Assembly: GCA_031395755.1 (NCBI GenBank)
Contig: JANNJO010000029.1
Coordinates: forward strand, 1-56,321
Length of the DNA stretch: 56,321 nt
Direction of reading: 5' to 3'
Source: Acidobacteriota bacterium
Lineage (GTDB): Bacteria > Acidobacteriota > Vicinamibacteria > Vicinamibacterales > JAMQPK01
Below, piece after piece: positions 19,284-28,094 of this stretch. Position 1 is the stretch's first letter. Every line of letters starts with the position of its first letter. The notes beneath the pieces are model-generated. The model was not told where the DNA came from and ran no database searches. It saw nothing but the letters and a program-made list of their open reading frames with translations. The translations under genes and the position numbers were made by a program.

Positions 19284-20506
19284 AGCCCAGGATTCATCAG
19301 GTTCTCGCCACGCTCGGCTATGGAGACGCCATTGGCCACGAAGTGCTGGGCATTCAGCGCGTCCTGAAAGGCGCCGGGTTCGAATCCGACATCTTCGTGC
19401 AGACGGCGGACCCTCGCCTCGAGGACCTGACGAAGGATTACCGCGATCTGCTGCAGGCGAGCGACCCGTCCAATATTCTCATCCATCATTTCTCCATCGG
19501 ATCCCGGGCCTCGCGCGTCGCCTACGCCGTTCCCGATCGGCAGATCCTCGTCTACCACAACATCACGCCTCCGGAGTTCTGGGTCAACGTGCACGAACAG
19601 CTCGCGGAGCAGTGCTTCAAGGGGCGGCGGGAGCTCGGTATCTACCCCGCCCGGGTCGATCTCGCGCTCGGCGATTCGGAGTTCAACCGGCAGGAGCTCG
19701 ACGCGCTCGGGTTCAATCCGACGGGCGTGCTGCCTGTCGTGCCGGACTTCTCACATCTGGATGCCGGCGCGAACGATTTGATCACCACGGAGTTCGACGA
19801 CGAGTGGACCAACATTCTCTTCGTGGGCCGCATCATCCCGAACAAGCGCATCGAAGACGTGATCCGGTACTTCCACGCGTATCAGCGGCATTTCAATCCG
19901 CGGTCGCGGCTGCTGCTGGTCGGCTCCTATGGCGGTTTCGACAAATACCTCGCGATGCTTCAACAGCTCGTCGCTCGCCTGGGCGTCGCGAACGTGCACT
20001 TCACGGGGCATGTCACCGATGCCGAGCTCACCGCTTACTACGAGATCGCCGATCTATTTCTCTGCGCGAGCGCGCATGAGGGCTTCTGCGTCCCGATTAC
20101 CGAATCTTTCTATAAGCAGGTTCCCGTCGTGGCTTACGGAGCCACGGCGGTGCCCTCCACGATGGACGGTGCCGGCGTGCTGTTCACCACGCAGGAACCG
20201 CTCGAGGTCGCGGCGATCGTCGATGCGATCGTCGACGACGAGGAGTTGTGCGACCGCATCGTGCGCGGACAGGATGCGGCGCTCCAGCGCCTTCGGGCGA
20301 AGGACTTTGACGGTACGCTGCTGCGGTACGTGGACGCCGTGCTGAACACGCCGAGGAAACCTGCGCCCCAGATTGCCTGGGACTTCTGGGATCAGTTCCG
20401 GCAGGCAGAGGAGCTTTACGAGCTTCAGCAGTACCGTCCGGCGATCTTCCGCGGGCTGCCGGACAGCCCTGAGTCAAAGACCGGGCTCGTCGAGGAAAAG
20501 CGCTGA
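19280..20506 (+). CDS. glycosyltransferase family 4, paralog type B1
   Basis: A TTG start at 19280 (4-nt overlap with the upstream stop) gives (M)KPRIHQVLATLGYGDAIG, colinear with the MRVHQWVPAAHRGDAIG start of the next gene. FVGRIIPNKRIED, HEGFCVPITESF. The ORF-track start 18911 lies inside the upstream gene. Confidence 0.75.
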   Translation: MKPRIHQVLATLGYGDAIGHEVLGIQRVLKGAGFESDIFVQTADPRLEDLTKDYRDLLQASDPSNILIHHFSIGSRASRVAYAVPDRQILVYHNITPPEFWVNVHEQLAEQCFKGRRELGIYPARVDLALGDSEFNRQELDALGFNPTGVLPVVPDFSHLDAGANDLITTEFDDEWTNILFVGRIIPNKRIEDVIRYFHAYQRHFNPRSRLLLVGSYGGFDKYLAMLQQLVARLGVANVHFTGHVTDAELTAYYEIADLFLCASAHEGFCVPITESFYKQVPVVAYGATAVPSTMDGAGVLFTTQEPLEVAAIVDAIVDDEELCDRIVRGQDAALQRLRAKDFDGTLLRYVDAVLNTPRKPAPQIAWDFWDQFRQAEELYELQQYRPAIFRGLPDSPESKTGLVEEKR

Positions 20507-21567
20507 TGCGCGTGCATCAGTGGGTGCCGGCGGCACACAGGGGCGACGCCATAGGCGACAGCGCGCGCCGGGTGCGCGATTTCCTTCGCGCCATGGGACA
20601 CGACTCCGAGGTCTTCGCCCTGGCGATAGACGACGACCTGCGCCACGACGTCCGGCCCTTCTCGGACCCGGCGGCGAAGCGCGGCGACGTAACCATCTTT
20701 CATTTCGCCCTGCCCTCCCCGATGTCCGCGGCGTTTGCGTCGCTCTCCCACGGCCGGGTGCTTCAGTACCACAACGTGACGCCTGCGCGGTTTTTCGCGC
20801 CGTACGCACCGTCGCTGTTTCGTCTGGCATCCATTGCCCGGACGGAGCTGGCGAGCCTGGTCTCCGCGACCGATCTGGCGCTCGGTGATTCCGCATACAA
20901 CCGCCAGGAACTCGATGAGCTCGGGTTCTCGCGAACCGGCATCATGCCGATCGCCGTTGACACCGACCGGCTCACGATGGCCCCCCGCCAGCCCGTGCTT
21001 GAAGAGATTCTGGATGACGGTCTCGTCAATTTTCTGTTCGTCGGCAGGATTGCGCCCAACAAGAGGATTGAGGATCACATCAGGCTGGCCGAACAGTACA
21101 AGCGGTACGTCGACGCTTACTATCGGTTCATTTTCGTGGGGCGCTACGACGTTGTGCCGCAGTACTATGCGGCGATCCGCGCGCTGCTGGCCGAGTACCA
21201 GATGCTGGAAGACCGCTTCATCTTTACCGGGCCGGTGCCCGATGCCGAGCTGGCCGCCTACTATCGCGCGTCGAGCGTGTATATCTCGCTCAGCGAGCAT
21301 GAGGGATTCTGCGTGCCTCTGGTGGAGGCGATGGCCATGGACGTGCCGGTGCTGGCGTACAGCGCGGCGGCGGTGCCCGATACACTTGGCGGGGCCGGCG
21401 TGCAGTTCGCCCCCAAGGATCTGGAGTACGCGGCGGAACTCCTGGGCATGCTGGCCTTCGAGGAGAGTCCGCGGGATCAGGTGCTCGCCGGCCAGCGCCG
21501 GCGGTTGCAGGATTTCGCCGAGCCGGCAATTCAGAAGCAGCTCGTCTCGGTATTGTCAGCGTTCTGA
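20506..21567 (+). CDS. glycosyltransferase family 4, paralog type B2 (tandem duplicate of B1)
   Basis: FVGRIAPNKRIED, HEGFCVPLVEAM; ATGA overlap with B1. Confidence 0.8.
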   Translation: MRVHQWVPAAHRGDAIGDSARRVRDFLRAMGHDSEVFALAIDDDLRHDVRPFSDPAAKRGDVTIFHFALPSPMSAAFASLSHGRVLQYHNVTPARFFAPYAPSLFRLASIARTELASLVSATDLALGDSAYNRQELDELGFSRTGIMPIAVDTDRLTMAPRQPVLEEILDDGLVNFLFVGRIAPNKRIEDHIRLAEQYKRYVDAYYRFIFVGRYDVVPQYYAAIRALLAEYQMLEDRFIFTGPVPDAELAAYYRASSVYISLSEHEGFCVPLVEAMAMDVPVLAYSAAAVPDTLGGAGVQFAPKDLEYAAELLGMLAFEESPRDQVLAGQRRRLQDFAEPAIQKQLVSVLSAF

Positions 21568-21573
21568 CCCCCA

Positions 21574-22797
21574 GTGAGAATCGCCTTCATCGTCCAGCGA
21601 TACGGCGTTGAAATTCTCGGTGGCTCGGAGTACCACTGCCGGCTCATTGCCGAGCGGATGGCCCGCAAACACGACGTCGACGTCGTCACGACCTGCGCGC
21701 GTGATTACATCAGGTGGGAGAACCACTATCCGGAGGGCACCGAACGCGTTCACGGCGTAACCGTTCGGCGCTTCGCGAACGCCCAGACCCGCGATATCGA
21801 CGCTTTCAACCGATACTCAGACTGGATCTTCCATCATCCCCATACGCGCGAAGATGAGATGTCGTGGCTGAAACAACAGGGTCCATGGTGTCCGGCGCTC
21901 ATTGAGTATCTACACGGGCACCATCACTCGTACGACGTGTTGATCTTCTTCACGTACCTGTACGCGCCAACGGTGCTCGGCCTGGAGATCGACCCCGCCA
22001 AGAGCATCCTCGTGCCGACCGCGCACAGGGAACCGGCCATCGGGCTCGACATCTACAAGGCGATGTTCACGAAGCCGTCCGCGATTGCGTTCAATACGGA
22101 GGTCGAGAAGGCTTTTTTGAAGGACACCTTCGACATCCGGGCGCAGGGTGAAGAAACGGTGGGCTGCGGAGTGGATCTGCTTTCAGAGCCGTCGCGGCCG
22201 AGTCTTCCGGATCCCCAGGACTCTCCTCTCGAGTTCTGCCACCGCCACGGCTTCGATGGGCCGTTTCTGCTGTACGGGGGCCGCATCGACGCCGGCAAAG
22301 GGTGCGACGAGCTGATCGACTACTTCACGACCTACCGGGACCAGGGCGGAGACGCGGTGCTGGCGTTGATGGGCGCCAAGTTGATGGCGCTGCCTGCGGT
22401 TCCGTGGGTGCGTTTTGTCGGGCTGTTGTCCGAGCGGGAGCGCCTGCGAGCGCTCGAAGCGGCGACAATCGTCGTCGTGCCGTCTCCGCTCGAGAGCCTT
22501 TCTCTGCTCGCGCTCGAAGGGATGGCTGTCGGCAGGCCTGTGTTGTGCAACGCGCGCGCTGATGTGCTGGTGGACCACTGCAAGCGGAGCCATGCCGGGC
22601 TGTTCTACTCTGATCGCGAGGAGTTCGTGGAGTGCGCGAACCTGCTCCTCGCCGATCGGCAGCTGCGCGAGCGCATGGGACATCGCGGCCAGGCGTACGT
22701 CAGGCAGCACTACCATTGGGACGTGATCCTGTCGAAGTACGACAACCTCATCGCGGCGCTGCCGAAGCCGGCCCCGGACAGCCAGGCACGAAGGTGA
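21574..22797 (+). CDS. glycosyltransferase family 4, paralog type A2
   Basis: MRIAFIVQRYGVEILGGSEYHCRLIAERMARKHDVDVVTTCARDYIRWENHYPEG; ESLSLLALEGMAVGRPVL. Confidence 0.8.
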   Translation: MRIAFIVQRYGVEILGGSEYHCRLIAERMARKHDVDVVTTCARDYIRWENHYPEGTERVHGVTVRRFANAQTRDIDAFNRYSDWIFHHPHTREDEMSWLKQQGPWCPALIEYLHGHHHSYDVLIFFTYLYAPTVLGLEIDPAKSILVPTAHREPAIGLDIYKAMFTKPSAIAFNTEVEKAFLKDTFDIRAQGEETVGCGVDLLSEPSRPSLPDPQDSPLEFCHRHGFDGPFLLYGGRIDAGKGCDELIDYFTTYRDQGGDAVLALMGAKLMALPAVPWVRFVGLLSERERLRALEAATIVVVPSPLESLSLLALEGMAVGRPVLCNARADVLVDHCKRSHAGLFYSDREEFVECANLLLADRQLRERMGHRGQAYVRQHYHWDVILSKYDNLIAALPKPAPDSQARR

Positions 22798-24116
22798 GGG
22801 CGAACACACCCGCGTTTCGGAAGCTCATCTACGCCGCCATTTTTTTCACCGCGTTCGGGGTCTACGTTATGAGGGCGGTGAACAGCGGCGCACTGAGCCA
22901 GCCACCCGAGTCGGGCGACGGACATGATTACGACGCCATCGCATTCAATATCTGGCAGGGCCGCGGGTTCGGCTATCACTGGAGCGCCGAAGCGTGGCGC
23001 CGGCCCTACGTCGGCATTCCGAGATATGCGCTCCTGCTGACCAGGCAGTCGGAGTATTACCCCACCACCTATCGGCCGCCTGCGATGCCGTACCTCTTGT
23101 CTGTCGTCTATGCCCTGACGGACAGAAGCTTCGCCGCCTGGCGGGTTCTCAACTGCGGCATCATGGCCGGGGGCGTCACCACGGCGGCCGTCATCTCGGC
23201 GCAGTTTGCCGGCATCCCCGCGGCGGTTCTCACGACGGCGATCGCGCTCCGCAGCCGGGAGCTGACGCGCTATTCCGGCATGTTCATGACCGAGACCCTC
23301 GCCACGTTTTTCGTGACGCTTCTGGCATGGACGTGGATGCGAAATGCCAGACAGGGATGGTCAACCGGTGGCGCTGCCACCTCCGGCATGGTGTTCGGTG
23401 CGCTGATCGCATCGCGCACGCTGTTTGTCCTCTGGATGCCTCTCGTGCTGATTCTGCCCGGCAGGGACACGTCCCACGACTCAAGGTTCGCGTGGCGGAC
23501 CAAAGCGATCTGCCTCGCCGTGGCGCTCCTCATCATGAGCCCATGGTTTATTCGAAATATGGCCGTCACGAACGCGTTCATGCCGCTCGGAACCCAGGGG
23601 GGCATCAATCTCCCGATGGGGTTTGGCCCGAGGGCTTTCAGGTCACAGGGAATCTGGGCATCGAATCCCGGAGATGGATGGCCAGAAATTGCCGCTCAGA
23701 AACTCGATATCGTCACCTCAGAGGTGCTGCTGGCGAAATATCGATCGACGCTGACCATCACCTGGATGCTGGAGCACCCGTCCCAGGTGCTTCAGCTGAT
23801 GCGCCTGCACGTGTGGCAGGAAATACGGCCCAGGGGCGATTTCCTCGCAAACTGGCTGCTGCCTGTGGCCGGTCTTGCCGTGCTCTTCTTCAGAGAGTCG
23901 CCTGGCGTGTGGGTCATTGTTCTGATGGCGTGCGCGAACATCCTGAGCGTGGCCATGACCTACAGCGCGAGCGGCCGGTTCATGGTACCGCTGCAGCCGC
24001 TGCTCATCGCTCTCGTCGCCGCCATGCTTGCGGATGCTCCGGGCCGATCGATTTCGTACGTGAAGGGGCTGCGCAGGCGAAGCAGCTCTACCGCGATTGA
24101 GTCGCCGCGTCCGTAG
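22794..24116 (+). CDS. polytopic membrane glycosyltransferase, GT-C fold (ArnT/PMT_2-like)
   Basis: A GTG start at 22794 overlaps the upstream TGA. There are about 10 hydrophobic segments. The first loop carries the acidic motif [19 protein letters not shown], as in GT-C enzymes. The family call is by architecture, not by strong motifs. Confidence 0.55.
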   Translation: MRANTPAFRKLIYAAIFFTAFGVYVMRAVNSGALSQPPESGDGHDYDAIAFNIWQGRGFGYHWSAEAWRRPYVGIPRYALLLTRQSEYYPTTYRPPAMPYLLSVVYALTDRSFAAWRVLNCGIMAGGVTTAAVISAQFAGIPAAVLTTAIALRSRELTRYSGMFMTETLATFFVTLLAWTWMRNARQGWSTGGAATSGMVFGALIASRTLFVLWMPLVLILPGRDTSHDSRFAWRTKAICLAVALLIMSPWFIRNMAVTNAFMPLGTQGGINLPMGFGPRAFRSQGIWASNPGDGWPEIAAQKLDIVTSEVLLAKYRSTLTITWMLEHPSQVLQLMRLHVWQEIRPRGDFLANWLLPVAGLAVLFFRESPGVWVIVLMACANILSVAMTYSASGRFMVPLQPLLIALVAAMLADAPGRSISYVKGLRRRSSSTAIESPRP

Positions 24117-25059
24117 TGAGGCCGCGAAAGTCTCCCTTGTGTTCGATGAACCACCTGTAGGTCGATTCGACACCTGCTCGGAGTGATCGGCTCGGCGACC
24201 AGCCCAGTTGCCGCAGCAACCCTACGTCCAGCAGCTTCCTCGGAGTCCCATCGGGCTTGGAGGCATCGAACACGATGCGGGCCTCGGGATAGACCACCTC
24301 GCGAACGAGCTCTGCGAGCTCGCCGATGCTCAAATCTTCCCCGGTGCCGACGTTGATGTGCGACTCACCTTCGTAGTGCTTCATCAGATAGACGCACGCG
24401 TCGGCGAGGTCGTCCACGTGGAGGAACTCGCGCCGGGGCCGGCCGCTTCCCCACACCGACACTTCGCCGCTTCGAGCCAGCTTCGCGTCGTGGAACTTGC
24501 GAATCAACGCCGGCAGGACGTGCGAGCTGTTGAGATCGAAATTATCATTGGGGCCGTACAGATTCGTCGGCATAGCCGAGATGAAATTACACCCGTACTG
24601 ACGCCTGTAGGCCTGGCACAGCTTGATCCCCGCGATCTTCGCGACCGCGTAGAACTCATTGGTCGGCTCCAGGGCGCCCGCGAGCAGCGAATCCTCGGGC
24701 ATCGGCTGTGGCGCGTCGCGGGGATAAATGCACGAGCTGCCCAGATACAGCAGCTTGCGCGTCCCATGGCGATAGCACGCATCCACCACGGTCGCGTGGA
24801 TCAGCAGGTTGTCGTAAATGAATTCCGCGGGCCTGGTGCTGTTGGCGAGAATGCCGCCCACGGTCCCCGCCACCAGGTACACGTAGTGGGGCTGATGGAT
24901 TTTGAACCATTCGTTGACGGCCGACTGGTGACGCAGATCGAGCTCATCTCGTGTGGCGGTCAGAGGCGTCACGCCTTCCTGCCTCAAACGCCTCACGACG
25001 GCCGAACCGACCAAACCACGATGGCCGGCGACGAACACTTTCGAACTGCCGTGTTCCAC
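24088..25059 (-). CDS. fcl: GDP-L-fucose synthase (GDP-4-keto-6-deoxymannose 3,5-epimerase/4-reductase)
   Basis: [42 protein letters not shown]; 323 aa. Confidence 0.85.
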   Translation of the reverse strand: MEHGSSKVFVAGHRGLVGSAVVRRLRQEGVTPLTATRDELDLRHQSAVNEWFKIHQPHYVYLVAGTVGGILANSTRPAEFIYDNLLIHATVVDACYRHGTRKLLYLGSSCIYPRDAPQPMPEDSLLAGALEPTNEFYAVAKIAGIKLCQAYRRQYGCNFISAMPTNLYGPNDNFDLNSSHVLPALIRKFHDAKLARSGEVSVWGSGRPRREFLHVDDLADACVYLMKHYEGESHINVGTGEDLSIGELAELVREVVYPEARIVFDASKPDGTPRKLLDVGLLRQLGWSPSRSLRAGVESTYRWFIEHKGDFRGLTTDAATQSR

Positions 25060-25075
25060 GAGAAGTCCCGCTCGC

Positions 25076-26410
25076 TTATCGAATACTTCCGAACTTGATG
25101 CGCAGAAGCCCTATCACCGTCATACGAAACAGCACCGCACCGTCCCGGAACCGGTGGATATTCGTGGTCCCGTAGGTTCGCGCCCGATAGTACACAGGGA
25201 CATCGATTATACCGGTAGCCAGTACGGCCGCCGGAAAGAGGAGCTCGAAATCTCCGAACGGATCGAAGTCGCCGAAATCCCGGCGCCATCGCACGAACCG
25301 CTGGTAATCCTGCCGTGTCATCAACTTCGTTCCGCACAGGCTGTCGCCGAGCGGGACGTCGAGGACGTAGCTGAGCGACTTGGCGAAAAACACGTTTCCG
25401 AGCCGGTTGAGGAAGCGCATCGCCTCGCCTTCCATCGGATAGACGAGGCGAGTTCCGTTCACGAAATCGGCGACGCCGTGACGGTACGCGTCGTAAAAGC
25501 GCGTGAGATCTTCCGGCGGCATCGTCAGGTCCGCATCGAGAATGGTCAGAAGTTCTCCCGACGCTTTTGAAAACCCGAGCCGGACAGCGTCTGCCTTGCC
25601 TTTGCCCTCTTGCTGCAGCGCGAGGACCCGCAGACCATTGCGGCCATCCCAGACCGAACGGACGCGCTGGATCTCTTCCCAGGTTCCATCGCTCGAGTGC
25701 CCCTCGACGAAAATCACTTCGGTCGGCGCACGAAAATCAGGAAGGCGGCGAAGCGCGTCCTCGATGTTTCCCCGCTCGTTGCGCGCCGCGATGACCACCG
25801 TCAGCGAAGGACGTTCGTGCCCTGCGCCAGCAACGGGGCGCAGCACGGCAATGCTGACCAAAGACAGCCATCGGACGCCCGGCACCGCGGGCAGGATTGC
25901 GTTCAGCAGCGAACCGATACCGAAGAAATGCCATGGCAGGTACACCACCGGGCGAAGCCGGACGAGCTCGAATCCCGCCAGTCTGGCGAGCTGCAGCAAA
26001 TCTGAGCGGGCAATGAACGTGATGAACGGCGGCCCCTGACGCAGGCCGAGCCGATCGGCCAGCCGGAACAGCCATGCGAAATACCAGTTGTAGAGCACCA
26101 CCACGACACGTCCAGATCGCGCCAGGCGCGGTCGCACGGTCTCGAGGAGGCCCTGGATGTCTGTCGAGTGGTTGAAGTTCCCGTTGAACAGGATGACGGT
26201 GACGCCCGATCCGTCCGACGTGGCGCCCGCGAGCTCGGATGTGCTGACGCTCTTGAGCGGCGCGTCGATGCTTCCCAGCAGTAAGCCCGCATCGCCGGGC
26301 AGAGGATCCAGGTGCACGACGCGGTCGGCGTACCGGGTGATCCGGGAGATCTCCCGTCCGACAAGCGCGTACATCCACGTTCTCACGTGGCGGGAAAATG
26401 CGAGACGCAA
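25076..26410 (-). CDS. glycosyltransferase family 2 (polyprenyl-phosphate sugar synthase-like) with a degenerate methyltransferase-like N-terminal domain
   Basis: The C-terminal ~240 aa show [40 protein letters not shown] (DxD), GDSLCGTKL. The N-terminal ~190 aa resemble the distal half of a class I SAM methyltransferase ([33 protein letters not shown]) but no GxGxG was seen. The first in-frame start is TTG at 26410; ATG at 26374 is also possible. Confidence 0.7.
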   Translation of the reverse strand: MRLAFSRHVRTWMYALVGREISRITRYADRVVHLDPLPGDAGLLLGSIDAPLKSVSTSELAGATSDGSGVTVILFNGNFNHSTDIQGLLETVRPRLARSGRVVVVLYNWYFAWLFRLADRLGLRQGPPFITFIARSDLLQLARLAGFELVRLRPVVYLPWHFFGIGSLLNAILPAVPGVRWLSLVSIAVLRPVAGAGHERPSLTVVIAARNERGNIEDALRRLPDFRAPTEVIFVEGHSSDGTWEEIQRVRSVWDGRNGLRVLALQQEGKGKADAVRLGFSKASGELLTILDADLTMPPEDLTRFYDAYRHGVADFVNGTRLVYPMEGEAMRFLNRLGNVFFAKSLSYVLDVPLGDSLCGTKLMTRQDYQRFVRWRRDFGDFDPFGDFELLFPAAVLATGIIDVPVYYRARTYGTTNIHRFRDGAVLFRMTVIGLLRIKFGSIR

Positions 26411-26455
26411 AGGAATTTATGTCGCATGCTAGCATAGACCTCTTGACCTCATAAC

Positions 26456-27751
26456 GTGCGAATCGCCTTCATCATTCAACGATACGGGACAGAGATCCTC
26501 GGCGGCCCCGAATACGCGTGCCGTCTCATGGCCGAGCAGCTCGCTGAGCGGCACGACGTGGACGTGCTGACCACGTGCGCGCAGGACTACGTCACCTGGA
26601 AGAACGAGTACCCGGAGGGCGCCGACCGCATTCGGGGGGTGACGGTGCGGCGTTTCGCCAGTTCCCAGGTCCGAGACGTCGATGACTTCAACCGGTACTC
26701 GGACTGGATTTTCCAGAATCCGCACGACAGCGCCGATGAGATGGAGTGGCTCAGGCGGCAGGGGCCCTGGTCGCCGGGTCTCATCGATTACCTCAAGCGG
26801 CATCACAAGCAGTACGAATCGCTGATCTTCTTCACCTACCGGTACGCGACGACCGTGCTCGGCCTGCAGATCGATCCGGGCAGAAGCATACTGATTCCCG
26901 CGGCTCACGACGAGCCCCCGATTCATCTCGGCATCTTTCTCGACGTGTTTCGTTTGCCAAAGGCGATCGGATATCTCAGCGAGCCGGAGCGGAAGTTCGT
27001 GACCGAGACATTCGACCGTCACGCGGTCATTGAAGAGACCGTCGGCTGCGGCGTCGAGATTCCACCCCACCATGCCTATCCGCGTTCATCGTCGCAGCCC
27101 GGAACAGATGCCGAGCCGGGAGCCGAAGTGGGCCCAAGTGACACCGAAGACGCCGCCTTGGGCGGCGACGGCGAGCGTTTTCCTTCGCACGTGTCCTCGC
27201 GCGGGGCGGGCTTCCGGCGCCGCCACCGGATTCACGGCACCTTCGCGCTCTATGGCGGCCGTATCGATCCGGGAAAAGGCTGTGAGGAACTCATCGAGTA
27301 CTTCAGCACGTACGTGAACGGCGGCGGCGACGCATCGCTCGTATTGATGGGCGTGAAGCTGATGCCGCTTCCAGAGGAACCATTCATCAATTTCGCCGGC
27401 ATGCTCTCGGATCAGGAACGGCTTCAGGCCCTCGAAGCGGCAACCGTGGTCGTCTGCCCGTCTCCATACGAAAGCCTCTCGCTCATTGCCCTCGAGTCCC
27501 TGGCCGTCGGCACGCCCATTCTCTGCAACGCGCGCAGCGAGGTCTTGGTCGACCATTGCCTGCGCAGCAACGGCGGTCTGTTTTACCGGGACCGCGACGA
27601 GTTCGAGGAGTGTTTCAAACTGCTGGTGGCCGACGAGCGCCTCAGAGCGGCGATGGGCCGCTCCGGGCGCGATTACGCCCGCCGGAATTACCGGTGGGAC
27701 GTGGTGCTGGGAAAGCTTGACAGAATGATCGCGAGGGTGAGACAGAGCTGA
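26456..27751 (+). CDS. glycosyltransferase family 4, paralog type A3 (with an expanded interdomain linker)
   Basis: (V)RIAFIIQRYGTEILGGPEYACRLMAEQLAERHDVDVLTTCAQDYVTWKNEYPEG; ESLSLIALESLAVGTPIL. There is an extra S/P/G/D-rich linker relative to A2. Confidence 0.8.
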   Translation: MRIAFIIQRYGTEILGGPEYACRLMAEQLAERHDVDVLTTCAQDYVTWKNEYPEGADRIRGVTVRRFASSQVRDVDDFNRYSDWIFQNPHDSADEMEWLRRQGPWSPGLIDYLKRHHKQYESLIFFTYRYATTVLGLQIDPGRSILIPAAHDEPPIHLGIFLDVFRLPKAIGYLSEPERKFVTETFDRHAVIEETVGCGVEIPPHHAYPRSSSQPGTDAEPGAEVGPSDTEDAALGGDGERFPSHVSSRGAGFRRRHRIHGTFALYGGRIDPGKGCEELIEYFSTYVNGGGDASLVLMGVKLMPLPEEPFINFAGMLSDQERLQALEAATVVVCPSPYESLSLIALESLAVGTPILCNARSEVLVDHCLRSNGGLFYRDRDEFEECFKLLVADERLRAAMGRSGRDYARRNYRWDVVLGKLDRMIARVRQS

Positions 27752-27762
27752 GTCATGTAAAT

Positions 27763-28094
27763 GAGAAGGAAGAAGTAGGAAGTAAGACGGGGAACCGTAA
27801 CTGAAATTTCAACTTCGACCTCGAGCGGCGTTTGCGCGCGCGGTTTGTAGGGCGGTCCCGAAAATCCTTCGCAGTTGTTGTGCTTCCAACAGCAACTCGG
27901 TATCCGATGCGACATCAGCGTCTCGCATGTATTCGAGCCACACGACTGATTCGTCCACTTCTTCGACCACTGTTCCCAGTTTTGCGATGAACTCGGCGCG
28001 CGACCGTCCGCGCTGGGCCGCATGGTAATTCAGCGAAGCAACCGGATGGATCGCAGTTCTGCACTCCCTTCTTCCTTCTCCCTTCTTCCTTACT
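27763..28094. repeat. split heptamer-repeat element: purine-unit arm (27763..27786) and pyrimidine-unit arm (28064..28094) bracketing a gene remnant
   Basis: The left arm is GAGAAGG AAGAAGT AGGAAGT AAG. The right arm is CTCCCTT CTTCCTT CTCCCTT CTTCCTT ACTCC. 27763..27775 is the exact reverse complement of 28068..28080 (13 nt). The right arm overlaps the response-regulator stop codon. Confidence 0.6.
27809..28060 (-). pseudogene. truncated four-helix-bundle protein gene (23S rRNA intervening-sequence protein / Avd family)
   Basis: My own minus-strand translation gives RTAIHPVASLNYHAAQRGRSRAEFIAKLGTVVEEVDESVVWLEYMRDADVASDTELLLEAQQLRRIFGTALQTARANAARGRS* (stop at 27809..27811). This matches the ..GANYR.A.RARS.AEFI.KL.IV.EE.DET.YWLELL.. 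core of the family. There is no start codon and about 50 N-terminal residues are missing. It is not in the supplied ORF track; ORF 27688..28023 is a different frame. Confidence 0.7.

Noticed and set aside
17694-21300. Minus-strand ORFs 17694..18806 and 20425..21300
   Set aside because: They are antisense to the glycosyltransferase genes, have no motifs, and are Arg/Pro-rich.
27688-28023. 111-aa ORF listed in the GT4-A3 / response-regulator spacer
   Set aside because: It is in the wrong frame. The only frame with family-level similarity (four-helix-bundle protein) is a different minus-strand frame that lacks a start codon.
27809-28060. Diversity-generating retroelement (Avd-like gene)
   Set aside because: The gene is truncated. 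No reverse transcriptase is in the window, and I could not see a TR/VR repeat pair.
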